From: Eubacteriales bacterium
Lineage (GTDB): Bacteria; Bacillota; Clostridia; Oscillospirales; CAG-272
Direction: 5' to 3'
Length of the DNA: 64,000 nucleotides
NCBI GenBank assembly: GCA_045632405.1
Contig: JAZQWO010000018.1
Span: 4,832 to 68,831 of the forward strand
Shown here: piece after piece, positions 16,610-25,678 of the stretch
Position numbering within the stretch: position 1 is the first letter of the stretch
Layout of the letters: the number at the start of each line of letters is the position of its first letter
Position numbers and translations under genes: made by a program
Notes under the pieces: generated by a model
Database searches by the model: none
What the model was told of the DNA's origin: nothing
What the model saw: only the letters and a program-made list of their open reading frames with translations

Positions 16610-18175
16610 ATGGCACTTGATTACATCATTTTGATGCTGTACGCGCTGGGTATGGTGGCAATTGCGTATTATTCACGCAAGAGGTCACAAAGCGTTGACG
16701 AGTTTTTGCATGCAGGCAAAAAGGGCGTTGGCGGTTGGATGAGCGCCTTTGCGTACGGTACTACATATTTTTCAGCGGTAATTTTTGTTGGCTATGCAGG
16801 TAAATTCGGCTCATCCTTCGGTCTTGCATCTGTTTGGATTGGTGTGGCTAACGCAATTTTCGGCGGCTTGGTTGCTTGGAAGGTGCTTGCAAAGCGCACA
16901 AAGAATATGACCGCCCGTCTTGAGTCAAAAACAATGCCTGACCTTTTTGAAAAAAGGTACGAGAGCAAAAATTTGAAAATCGCATCCGCTGTTATTATTT
17001 TCGTGTTTTTGATTCCGTATTCCGCATCTGTATATAGCGGTCTTTCCAATATATTTGAAATTGTCTTTGGTATTCCCGGCTGGACTGTTATGGTGGCATT
17101 GGCAGCCTTGACAGCTGTTTACCTGTTCTTCGGCGGCTACTTTGCAACAGCGGTTTCCGACTTTATTCAAGGCATCATTATGCTCGTTGGCGTTGCTTTG
17201 ATGGTTGTTTGGTTTATGAAGGACAAGCCAGACTGGTCACTTGACCTGCTCACCTCCAACAACAACCTTACCTGGTTTACATTTAACAGTGACAGCACAG
17301 GTATTTACGGTAGCACCGTTTCCTTGCTTTCATTGATAATTCTTACATCCTTTGGCGTTTGGGGCTTGCCACAGACAATCCACAAGTATTATGCTATCAG
17401 AGATAAAAAGGCAATTCAGCAGGGCACTATTGTCAGCACCATCTTTGCCTTGATTATCGGCTTTGGCGCATATTTCGTTGGTGCGCTTTATAAGTATTAC
17501 GAGAATGACATCACAGCCTTTCTTGTGAAAAACAACATTACATCAGGTGTGACAGATTACTTTATTCCCGTTATGCTAAAGCAGGTTATACCAACAGGTC
17601 TTATCGGTGTTATTGCGGTTCTTATTCTTTCCGCAAGCATGTCAACCTTAGCGTCTGTTTCCTTGTCCTCAGCATCTGCCTGCGCGGTAGATATTTACAA
17701 GGGCAAAATAAACAAGGATGCATCCGACAAGCAGGTTAACACCGTTATGCGTGTGCTTTGCGTTGTGTTTATCGGCATTTCCGTGCTTTTGGCGGTTTTG
17801 AACGAGGAGCTCGGCTTCTCTGCCATTGCCTATATGATGGGTCTTAGCTGGGGCACACTTGCAGGCTGCTTTATGGGTCCCTTTGTTGTTGGTCTTTTGT
17901 GGAAGGGCGTTACCAAAAAGGGCGCTTGGGCATCCATTATATCAACCCTAATACTAACCGCAGGACTTATCTTGTTCTTTGGCTACCACAAAAACGGCTT
18001 TGAATGTACATTTGGCAAGGCAATTACAACAGGTATTAACTGCTCACCCCTTATCGGCTGTATTTGCATGGCTACATCCGTTATCATTACAGTGGTTGTC
18101 AGCCTGTTTACAAAAAAGCCAAGTGATGAGGCAATTTATAACGCATTTGAAAAACCAATTGAAAACGAGGTTTAA
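16610..18175 (+). CDS. Sodium:solute symporter (SSS) family transporter
   Basis: About 13 TM segments; the N-terminal pattern YYSRK..SVDEFLHAGK..GGWMSAFAYGTTYFSAV is typical of the SSS family. Confidence 0.75.
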   Translation: MALDYIILMLYALGMVAIAYYSRKRSQSVDEFLHAGKKGVGGWMSAFAYGTTYFSAVIFVGYAGKFGSSFGLASVWIGVANAIFGGLVAWKVLAKRTKNMTARLESKTMPDLFEKRYESKNLKIASAVIIFVFLIPYSASVYSGLSNIFEIVFGIPGWTVMVALAALTAVYLFFGGYFATAVSDFIQGIIMLVGVALMVVWFMKDKPDWSLDLLTSNNNLTWFTFNSDSTGIYGSTVSLLSLIILTSFGVWGLPQTIHKYYAIRDKKAIQQGTIVSTIFALIIGFGAYFVGALYKYYENDITAFLVKNNITSGVTDYFIPVMLKQVIPTGLIGVIAVLILSASMSTLASVSLSSASACAVDIYKGKINKDASDKQVNTVMRVLCVVFIGISVLLAVLNEELGFSAIAYMMGLSWGTLAGCFMGPFVVGLLWKGVTKKGAWASIISTLILTAGLILFFGYHKNGFECTFGKAITTGINCSPLIGCICMATSVIITVVVSLFTKKPSDEAIYNAFEKPIENEV

Positions 18176-18177
18176 TT

Positions 18178-19482
18178 ATGATATTCGCAAAAGAAGAAAC
18201 CTTTACAAGGGAGCAAATGGAAAAGCTCCAGCTTGAAAGGCTTTTGGAAACTGTAAAAAGAGTATATGATAAGGTCTTACCTTACCGCAAAAAAATGGAT
18301 GAGCGCGGCATAAAGCCTGAGGACATAAAGAGCTTGGCTGACTTGTCAAAGCTCCCATTTGTAACAAAGCAGGACTTGCGTGACAACTATCCCTTCGGTC
18401 TTTTCGCAGTGCCTAAGGAGGATTTGGTAAGAATTCACGCATCCAGCGGTACAACAGGCAAGCCAACAGTTGTTGGCTATACCGACAGCGATATGGACAC
18501 CTGGACGGAGTGTGTTTCCCGTATTGCAGTGGCAGGCGGCGCTACCAAAAAGGACGTGGCGCAGATTTGCTTTGGCTACGGTATGTTCACAGGTGCTCTT
18601 GGCTTACACTACGGACTTGAAAATATTGGCGCTACCATTGTGCCCTCGTCCACAGGTAACTCTGAAAAGCAGCTTATGTATATGAAGGACTTTGGCACAA
18701 GCCTTCTTGTTGCAACTCCATCCTACGCCCTTCGCTTAGCCGAGGTGGCAAGGGAAATGGGTATGGACCCGAAAACAGATTTGAACGTAAAAATCGCTCT
18801 TGTGGGCAGTGAAATGCTGACAGATGCTATGCGTGAGGAAATGCACAAATACTGGGGCGAGGATATGAAAATCACCTCTAACTACGGTATGAGCGAGCTG
18901 ATGGGTCCTGGCGTTTCCGGTGAGTGCGAGTATATGTGCGGTATGCATATTAACGAGGACTTTTTCATCCCTGAAATTATCAACCCCGAAACAGGAGAGG
19001 TTTTGCCTGCGGGTGAATGGGGTGAGCTTGTTATCACCTGTATAAAGAAAGAGGCGCTTCCTTTGATACGATACAGAACAAAGGACATAACAAGACTTAT
19101 TTATGAGCCTTGTAAATGCGGCAGAACAACGGTGAGAATGGAAAATCTTTCGGGCAGAAGCGACGATATGCTCAAAATCCGTGGCGTTAACGTGTTCCCA
19201 AGCCAGATTGAAGAGGTTATTCTCGGCACAGAGGGTCTTGGTCCTCACTACGAAATCATTGTTGAGCGTGACGGCTATGCAGATAAGCTTAGCGTTCGTG
19301 TTGAGCTTGCAACTGCAACAGACTCATTTAAGGTGCTTGAAAATATTGAACGTACAGTTAAGAACAAGCTGAAGGTTATTCTCGGCTTGGATGCAAAGGT
19401 GATTTTGGAGTCCCCCAACACCTTGGCAAGATTTGAAGGAAAAGCGAAGAGAGTTCGCGATTTGAGAAAGGAACAGAAATAA
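18178..19482 (+). CDS. paaK: Phenylacetate-CoA ligase family protein (PaaK paralog 1)
   Basis: HASSGTTGKPTVV AMP-binding motif; YRTKD; size 434 aa. Confidence 0.8.
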   Translation: MIFAKEETFTREQMEKLQLERLLETVKRVYDKVLPYRKKMDERGIKPEDIKSLADLSKLPFVTKQDLRDNYPFGLFAVPKEDLVRIHASSGTTGKPTVVGYTDSDMDTWTECVSRIAVAGGATKKDVAQICFGYGMFTGALGLHYGLENIGATIVPSSTGNSEKQLMYMKDFGTSLLVATPSYALRLAEVAREMGMDPKTDLNVKIALVGSEMLTDAMREEMHKYWGEDMKITSNYGMSELMGPGVSGECEYMCGMHINEDFFIPEIINPETGEVLPAGEWGELVITCIKKEALPLIRYRTKDITRLIYEPCKCGRTTVRMENLSGRSDDMLKIRGVNVFPSQIEEVILGTEGLGPHYEIIVERDGYADKLSVRVELATATDSFKVLENIERTVKNKLKVILGLDAKVILESPNTLARFEGKAKRVRDLRKEQK

Positions 19483-19483
19483 T

Positions 19484-21226
19484 ATGGCAGAAAAGATAAT
19501 TATGCTTGGTAACGAGGCAATTGCCCGCGGTGCATTTGAAGCGGGAGTAAAGGTTAGCAGCTCCTATCCGGGAACACCAAGCACAGAAATAAGCGAATAT
19601 TTGGCAAAATATGATGAGGTATATACAGAGTGGGCACCTAACGAAAAGGTAGCTCTTGAGGCAGCGGCAGGCGCATCTATTGCAGGTGTGCGCTCAATGG
19701 CTTGCATGAAGCACGTTGGCTTGAACGTGGCATCAGACCCTCTTTATACCCTTGCATACACAGGTGTAAATGCAGGTCTTGTTATCGTCGTTGCAGACGA
19801 CCCAGGTCTTGCATCCTCACAGAACGAGCAGGACACACGTATGATTGCAAGAAGTGCGCACTTGCCTGTTGTTGAGCCAAGTGACAGTGACGAGGCAAGA
19901 GCGTTCTTTAAGTACGCAATGGAGCTTTCCGAAAAGTACGACACCCCTGTTATTTTCAGAACAACCACAAAGCTCTCTCACTCACAGTCTATTGTAAATC
20001 TTGAAGACAGGGTAGTACCTGAGGACAAGGTATATGAAAGAACAGTTCCAAAGTACGTTATGATGCCTGGCTCTGCAATTGGCAGACACGTTGTAGTTGA
20101 AAAGAGAGAAATACAGATGGAAAAGGACGCATCCTCTTTCCCTGTTAATAAGGTTGAATATAACGACAAGAAGATAGGCTTTATCACATCAGGTATTCCT
20201 TATCAGTATGTAAAGGAGGCTTGCCCAAATGCAAGCGTATTGAAGCTTGGTGTTGTTAATCCCCTTCCTCGTGCTCTTATTGAGGAATTCTGCAAGAATG
20301 TAGAAACAGTATATATCTTTGAGGAGCTTGAGCCTGTAATTGAAGAGCAGGTAAGAGCTTGGGGCATTACTAACTTGAAGGGCAAGGAGTGCTTTACAAA
20401 GCAGGGTGAATACAGTGCAAATATGCTTCGCCGTGTTCTTGTTGGCTGCACAGACTGTACATACGAAAAGGCACAGGCGCCTGCCCGTCCACCTATTCTT
20501 TGTCCTGGCTGTCCACACAGAAGCACATTCTCCGTGCTTAACAAGCTGAAAATCCACGCATCAGGCGATATTGGATGCTATACCCTTGGCGCAGTAGCTC
20601 CACTTAACGTAATTGATACAACAATTTGTATGGGCTCATCCATTTCCTTGCTTCACGGTATGGAAAAGGCAAAGGGCAAGGACTACATAAAGAATTGGGT
20701 TGCCACAATCGGCGACTCCACATTCCTTCACACAGGCGTTAACTCCCTTATCAATATGGTTTACAACAAGTCAACCGCAACGGTTATGATTCTTGACAAC
20801 CGCACAACAGGTATGACAGGACATCAGGAGCACGCGGCAACAGGCAAGACCTTGAAGGGAGAGGACACATATGCTATTGATTTGGCAGCGCTTTGTAAGT
20901 CTATTGGTGTGCCAAACGTAATTACAGTTGATGCCTTTGACGTTGTAGAGATGGAAAAGGTGATTAAGGAAAGCGTGGCAAGTGATGAGCTTACAGTTAT
21001 TATTGCAAAGGCTCCTTGCGCACTCTTAAAGGGAATGAAATTCACAACCAAGTGCTATGTAGATGCTGAAAAGTGCAAAAAGTGCGGTATGTGTATGAAG
21101 ATAGGCTGTCCTGCAATGACCAAAAATGCGGACGGTACAGTAAGAATTGACGAAACAATGTGTAACGGCTGCGGACTTTGCAAGAACTACTGCAAGTTTG
21201 GCGCTATCAACACAAAGGAAGCATAA
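19484..21226 (+). CDS. iorA: Indolepyruvate:ferredoxin oxidoreductase alpha subunit
   Basis: TPP-enzyme N-terminus GNEAIARGAFEAGV..SSYPGTPSTE; C-terminal 2x[4Fe-4S] CKKCGMCMKIGCP / CNGCGLCKNYC. Confidence 0.85.
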   Translation: MAEKIIMLGNEAIARGAFEAGVKVSSSYPGTPSTEISEYLAKYDEVYTEWAPNEKVALEAAAGASIAGVRSMACMKHVGLNVASDPLYTLAYTGVNAGLVIVVADDPGLASSQNEQDTRMIARSAHLPVVEPSDSDEARAFFKYAMELSEKYDTPVIFRTTTKLSHSQSIVNLEDRVVPEDKVYERTVPKYVMMPGSAIGRHVVVEKREIQMEKDASSFPVNKVEYNDKKIGFITSGIPYQYVKEACPNASVLKLGVVNPLPRALIEEFCKNVETVYIFEELEPVIEEQVRAWGITNLKGKECFTKQGEYSANMLRRVLVGCTDCTYEKAQAPARPPILCPGCPHRSTFSVLNKLKIHASGDIGCYTLGAVAPLNVIDTTICMGSSISLLHGMEKAKGKDYIKNWVATIGDSTFLHTGVNSLINMVYNKSTATVMILDNRTTGMTGHQEHAATGKTLKGEDTYAIDLAALCKSIGVPNVITVDAFDVVEMEKVIKESVASDELTVIIAKAPCALLKGMKFTTKCYVDAEKCKKCGMCMKIGCPAMTKNADGTVRIDETMCNGCGLCKNYCKFGAINTKEA

Positions 21227-21239
21227 GGGGGTACATATA

Positions 21240-21800
21240 ATGAATATTATGATAGTTGGCGTTGGCGGACAGGGTACTCTCTTGACCAGCAGAATTATTG
21301 GTAAAACAGCCTTGGCAGCAGGCTATGACGTTAAGCTCTCTGAGGTGCACGGTATGGCACAGCGCGGAGGTAGCGTTGTTACATTTGTTCGCTTTGACAA
21401 AAAGGTTTACGAGCCTGTATGCGAGGAGGGCACAGTTGACGTGCTTATCTCCTTTGAGCGACTTGAAGCATTAAGATATGCTCATTTCTTGAAAAAGGAT
21501 GGCGTAATGATTGTAAATGATGCAAAAATCGAGCCAATGACAGTAGTTGTAGGCGCGGCTAAGTATCCCGAAAATATTATCGAGGGTCTTTCCGAGGCGC
21601 ACAAGCTCTTCGTTCTTGACGCAGGCGCTATTGCAAAGGAGCTTGGCAACGCAAAGGTGCTTAACACTGTGGTGCTTGGTCTTGCGGCAAAGCATATCGG
21701 CTTTGATAAGAGCGAGTGGGTGGGCGTGCTTCAGGCAACAGTTCCACCAAAGACTATTGAAATTAACACAGCTGCATTCAACCGTGGCTACGACCTATAA
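21240..21800 (+). CDS. iorB: Indolepyruvate:ferredoxin oxidoreductase beta subunit
   Basis: Start at the ATG at 21240 (RBS aaggggg). IVGVGGQGTLL..SEVHGMAQRGGSV motif. Confidence 0.8.
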   Translation: MNIMIVGVGGQGTLLTSRIIGKTALAAGYDVKLSEVHGMAQRGGSVVTFVRFDKKVYEPVCEEGTVDVLISFERLEALRYAHFLKKDGVMIVNDAKIEPMTVVVGAAKYPENIIEGLSEAHKLFVLDAGAIAKELGNAKVLNTVVLGLAAKHIGFDKSEWVGVLQATVPPKTIEINTAAFNRGYDL

Positions 21801-21818
21801 AAAAGAAGGTAAAAGCAT

Positions 21819-23117
21819 ATGATTTGGAACGAAAAAATGGAGTGTATGTCCAGTGAGGACAAAAAGGCGCTCCAGAGTGAAAGACTTGTTAAGCTTGTAA
21901 AATACGTTTATGACAATGTTGAATTTTACCGCAACAGAATGGACGAGTATGGCGTTAAGCCTGAGGACATTAAGTCAATTGACGATATTGTGAAGCTTCC
22001 ATATACAACAAAAAATGACCTTCGTGACACATATCCATTCGGCTTGTTTGCGGCACCTAAGTCTGATATTGTAAGAATTCACGCGTCATCCGGTACAACA
22101 GGCAAGGCAACAGTTGTTTGCTACACCCAAAAGGATATTGACGACTGGAGTGAGTGCGTTGCCCGCTGTATGTCAATGGCAGATGTTACAAAGGATGATA
22201 TCATTCAGGTAGCATATGGCTACGGCTTGTTCACAGGCGGTCTTGGTGCTCATTACGGTGCGGAAAAGGTTGGCGCTATGGTTGTGCCTATGAGTACAGG
22301 CAACTCCAAAAAGCTCACCACAATGATGGTTGACTTTGGCGCAACGGCAATTGCCTGCACCCCTTCATATCTTTTGCATCTTTCCGAGGTGCTTCGTGAC
22401 GAGGGACTTCTTGACAAAATCAAATTAAAGGCGGCTATTTGCGGTGCTGAGCCTTGGACAGAGAAAATGAGAAACGAGATTGAAGCTCGCTTGAACATTA
22501 CCGCCCACGATATTTACGGCCTTTCCGAAATTATGGGTCCTGGCGTTGCCTGCGACTGTAAGCACCACACAGGTCTTCACATTTGTGACGACTATTTCTA
22601 TCCCGAAATTATCGACCCTAAAACTCTTGAGCCTGTCCGTGACGGTGAAACAGGCGAGCTTGTTTTCACAACTCTTACAAAAGAGGGTATTCCGCTTATC
22701 CGTTACAGAACAAAGGACTTGACAAGCATCACACACGAAAGATGCGAGTGCGGAAGAACAAGCGCAAGAATTTCACGCTTCAAGGGCAGAAGCGACGATA
22801 TGCTTATTATTCGCGGCGTTAACGTGTTCCCGTCACAGGTTGAGGCGGCGCTGGTTGACGTAGAGGAGGTAACACCTCACTATATGATGATAGTTGACCG
22901 CGAAAACAATCTTGACAGCCTTGAAATTCAGGTTGAGGTTGATGTTAAGTATTATACCGATGAAATCCGCGGTATTGAAAAGCTGACAAAGAAGATAGCA
23001 GGCGTTATTCAAGGTGCGCTTGGTATCAGCGCAAAGATTAAGCTGATGGGTCCTAACTCCTTGCCAAGAAGCGAGGGTAAGGCAGTCCACGTAATTGATA
23101 ACAGAAAGCTATATTAA
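21819..23117 (+). CDS. paaK: Phenylacetate-CoA ligase family protein (PaaK paralog 2)
   Basis: HASSGTTGKATVV, YRTKD; colinear with paralog 1. Confidence 0.8.
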   Translation: MIWNEKMECMSSEDKKALQSERLVKLVKYVYDNVEFYRNRMDEYGVKPEDIKSIDDIVKLPYTTKNDLRDTYPFGLFAAPKSDIVRIHASSGTTGKATVVCYTQKDIDDWSECVARCMSMADVTKDDIIQVAYGYGLFTGGLGAHYGAEKVGAMVVPMSTGNSKKLTTMMVDFGATAIACTPSYLLHLSEVLRDEGLLDKIKLKAAICGAEPWTEKMRNEIEARLNITAHDIYGLSEIMGPGVACDCKHHTGLHICDDYFYPEIIDPKTLEPVRDGETGELVFTTLTKEGIPLIRYRTKDLTSITHERCECGRTSARISRFKGRSDDMLIIRGVNVFPSQVEAALVDVEEVTPHYMMIVDRENNLDSLEIQVEVDVKYYTDEIRGIEKLTKKIAGVIQGALGISAKIKLMGPNSLPRSEGKAVHVIDNRKLY

Positions 23118-23131
23118 GGAGGACTATACAA

Positions 23132-23560
23132 ATGACAGTTAATCAGGTTTCCGTTTTTATAGAAAACAGACAGGGCAGACTTGGCGAGGTTTTGCAGGTT
23201 TTGAAGGACAATGATGTGAACATTTTGTCTATCTCCTTGGCAGACACAACCGAGTACGGTCTTTTAAGACTTATTGTTAATAAGCCGGAGCACGCACGAG
23301 ATGTGCTTTTAGAGGCAGGCTTTTCCAGCATGCTCACAGAGGTTCTTATTGTTAAGGTTCCTCACGTGGCAGGCTCACTTCAGAGCATTTTGTCCGCTAT
23401 TGCAAAGGCTAATGTAAGCATTGAGTATATGTACGGCTTGAGCGTTGAAACGACAGATGCATCTATCGTTATGAAAACAAACGAGCTTGAGGAGGCTTGC
23501 TCCGTGCTCAAAAACATCCACGTTGACACAATGACAAGTGAGGAGATCAGCTCCCTTTAA
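23132..23560 (+). CDS. ACT domain protein
   Basis: Two ACT-like halves (VSVFIENRQGRLGEV.., LIVKVPHVAGSLQSI..); a usual partner of paaK genes. Confidence 0.65.
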   Translation: MTVNQVSVFIENRQGRLGEVLQVLKDNDVNILSISLADTTEYGLLRLIVNKPEHARDVLLEAGFSSMLTEVLIVKVPHVAGSLQSILSAIAKANVSIEYMYGLSVETTDASIVMKTNELEEACSVLKNIHVDTMTSEEISSL

Positions 23561-23562
23561 CA

Positions 23563-24372
23563 ATGGTTATTGATTTCCATACTCACGTTTTCCCCGACAA
23601 AATTGCAGAGAAAACAATTTCTGCTCTTTCTAAAACAGGCGGCATTCCCGCCCATTCAAGCGGGGGGTTGAGCGGACTTTTGGCAAGTATGGACGAATAC
23701 GGCATTGATGTGAGCATCAATCTGCCCGTCCTTACAAGGCCCACGCAAATAGAGAGCGTTTTCGGCTTTGCCGACACAATAAACAAAGAAAATCTAACAC
23801 AGGGTAGGGTCATTTCCTTTTGTGGCGTACATCCTATGATGGAAAACAGTGAGGAGTGGCTCGAAAAAATCAAGGAAAGCGGCTTTTTGGGGATTAAAAT
23901 TCACCCCGACTATCAAGGCACATTCTTTGACGACCCTGCGTATATCAGAATTTTGAAAAAAGCCAAGGCGCTTGACTTAGTTACAGTGACTCACGCGGGC
24001 TTTGACTGTGCCTTTGTGGGGCGGGAAATCAAATGCACGCCACATCGTGTGCTTCACGCTCTTGATATGCTTGGGGGATACGACAAGCTTGTTCTTGCAC
24101 ACCTTGGTGGAAATGAGCTTTTCGACAGTGTGTACAACGAATTGGCAGGGGAGAGTGTCTATTTTGACACCTCGTATGTGTTACCCTTTTTGAGCAGGAC
24201 TCAGATTGAAAAGATGATTGCAAGGCACGGAGAGGACAAAATACTTTTCGCCAGCGACAGTCCTTGGCAAAATCAAGGCGAAATGGTGAGCATTTTGAAA
24301 TCATGTAGCTTAGGCGCAAGCACAGAAAACAAGATTTTTTGCGAAAATGCCCGAAAATTACTGAAAATATAG
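23563..24372 (+). CDS. Amidohydrolase-family (TIM-barrel metal hydrolase) protein
   Basis: IDFHTHVFP N-terminal metal motif; ..HLGG.., ..FASDSPW. Confidence 0.6.
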   Translation: MVIDFHTHVFPDKIAEKTISALSKTGGIPAHSSGGLSGLLASMDEYGIDVSINLPVLTRPTQIESVFGFADTINKENLTQGRVISFCGVHPMMENSEEWLEKIKESGFLGIKIHPDYQGTFFDDPAYIRILKKAKALDLVTVTHAGFDCAFVGREIKCTPHRVLHALDMLGGYDKLVLAHLGGNELFDSVYNELAGESVYFDTSYVLPFLSRTQIEKMIARHGEDKILFASDSPWQNQGEMVSILKSCSLGASTENKIFCENARKLLKI

Positions 24373-24379
24373 GTGAATT

Positions 24380-25564
24380 ATGTTAAATGAAAAAATGCTT
24401 GCTTTAGGTAGCAAGCGCTCCATAATCAGAGAAATTTTTGAATATTGTAAGACCCGCGCTGCCGAAATCGGTGCAGATAAGGTTTTTGACTTCAGCATCG
24501 GTAACCCAAGCGTTGAGCCGCCAAAGGAGATTGAAAACGCAATTAAGGATTTGCTTGAAAACGCAAGCCCTGTGTTGCTCCACGGCTATACATCCGCACA
24601 GGGTGACCTTGGTGTGCGCACAGCAATTGCTGACGAAATCAATGCCAAATTCGGCGCAGGTGTGAACGCAAACAGTATTTATATGACCTGTGGCGCGGCT
24701 GCATCTCTTACCATTTCCCTGCGCGCTCTTTTGAACGCGGGCGAGGAGTGCGTGGTTTTTGCCCCATTCTTTACAGAATACCGCGTGTTTATCGAAAACG
24801 CAGGGGGACGTGTGGTTGTTTCCAAGCCAATGGAAAAAACCTTTCAGATTGATGTTTGCGATTTTGAGTCTAAAATTACAGAAAACACGAAAGCGGTTAT
24901 TATGAACTCACCAAACAACCCAAGCGGAGTTGTTTACAGTGAGGAAACTATCAAGGCGGTTTGCGCCGTTCTTGAAAAGAAGCAGGCAGAGTACGGTCAT
25001 CCAATCTTCTTGATTGCTGACGAGCCATACAGAGAGCTTGTTTTCGGTGACGTGACAGTTCCATATTTAATGAACTATTATGATAACACAGTAGTGTGCT
25101 ACTCATACTCCAAGGCACTTTCCTTGCCGGGTGAGAGAATTGGCTATATTGCAGTTTGCCCTCGCGCACAGGATGCCACAAGTGTGTATCTTGCGGTTTG
25201 TGGCGCAGGTAGAAGCCTTGGCTACGTTTGCGCGCCAAGCCTTTTCCAGCAGGTAATCAAAAACACTATTGGTGCAAAGGTTGACGTTAATATCTACAAG
25301 GAAAACAGAGATATTTTGTATAATGCCTTGACCGAATACGGCTACGAGTGCGTTCAGCCCGACGGTGCGTTCTACCTTTTTGTGAAGGCTCTTGAGGATG
25401 ATGCATACAAATTCTTTGAAAAGGCAAAATCAAAGGAAATTTTGGTTGTTCCTTGCGACGACTTTGGCGTTTCTGGCTATGTGAGAATTGCCTACTGCGT
25501 TGACAAGCAAAGAATTGTAAATGCCTTGCCAGCATTCAAGGCTTTGGCAGAGGAATATAAATGA
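24380..25564 (+). CDS. PLP-dependent class I/II aminotransferase
   Basis: FSIGNPS, NSPNNPSG, and YSYSKALSLPGERIGY (PLP lysine). Confidence 0.8.
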   Translation: MLNEKMLALGSKRSIIREIFEYCKTRAAEIGADKVFDFSIGNPSVEPPKEIENAIKDLLENASPVLLHGYTSAQGDLGVRTAIADEINAKFGAGVNANSIYMTCGAAASLTISLRALLNAGEECVVFAPFFTEYRVFIENAGGRVVVSKPMEKTFQIDVCDFESKITENTKAVIMNSPNNPSGVVYSEETIKAVCAVLEKKQAEYGHPIFLIADEPYRELVFGDVTVPYLMNYYDNTVVCYSYSKALSLPGERIGYIAVCPRAQDATSVYLAVCGAGRSLGYVCAPSLFQQVIKNTIGAKVDVNIYKENRDILYNALTEYGYECVQPDGAFYLFVKALEDDAYKFFEKAKSKEILVVPCDDFGVSGYVRIAYCVDKQRIVNALPAFKALAEEYK

Positions 25565-25590
25565 AAAAGTGACCGCAAGGTCACTTTTTT
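25564..25590 (+). terminator. Intrinsic terminator at the end of the aryl-acid operon
   Basis: aagtgacc gcaa ggtcactt then TTTT. Confidence 0.75.
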
Positions 25591-25616
25591 GTTGATAATA
25601 TATTTTGCGCGTTTTA

Positions 25617-25645
25617 TTGACTTTTTTGCTTGCATATGATAAACT
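25617..25645 (+). promoter_or_regulatory. Sigma-A type promoter
   Basis: TTGACT, 17-nt spacer, TGaTAAACT. Confidence 0.5.
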
Positions 25646-25678
25646 CAATATGTAAGTGTTATTTATAGGAGAGAAACA

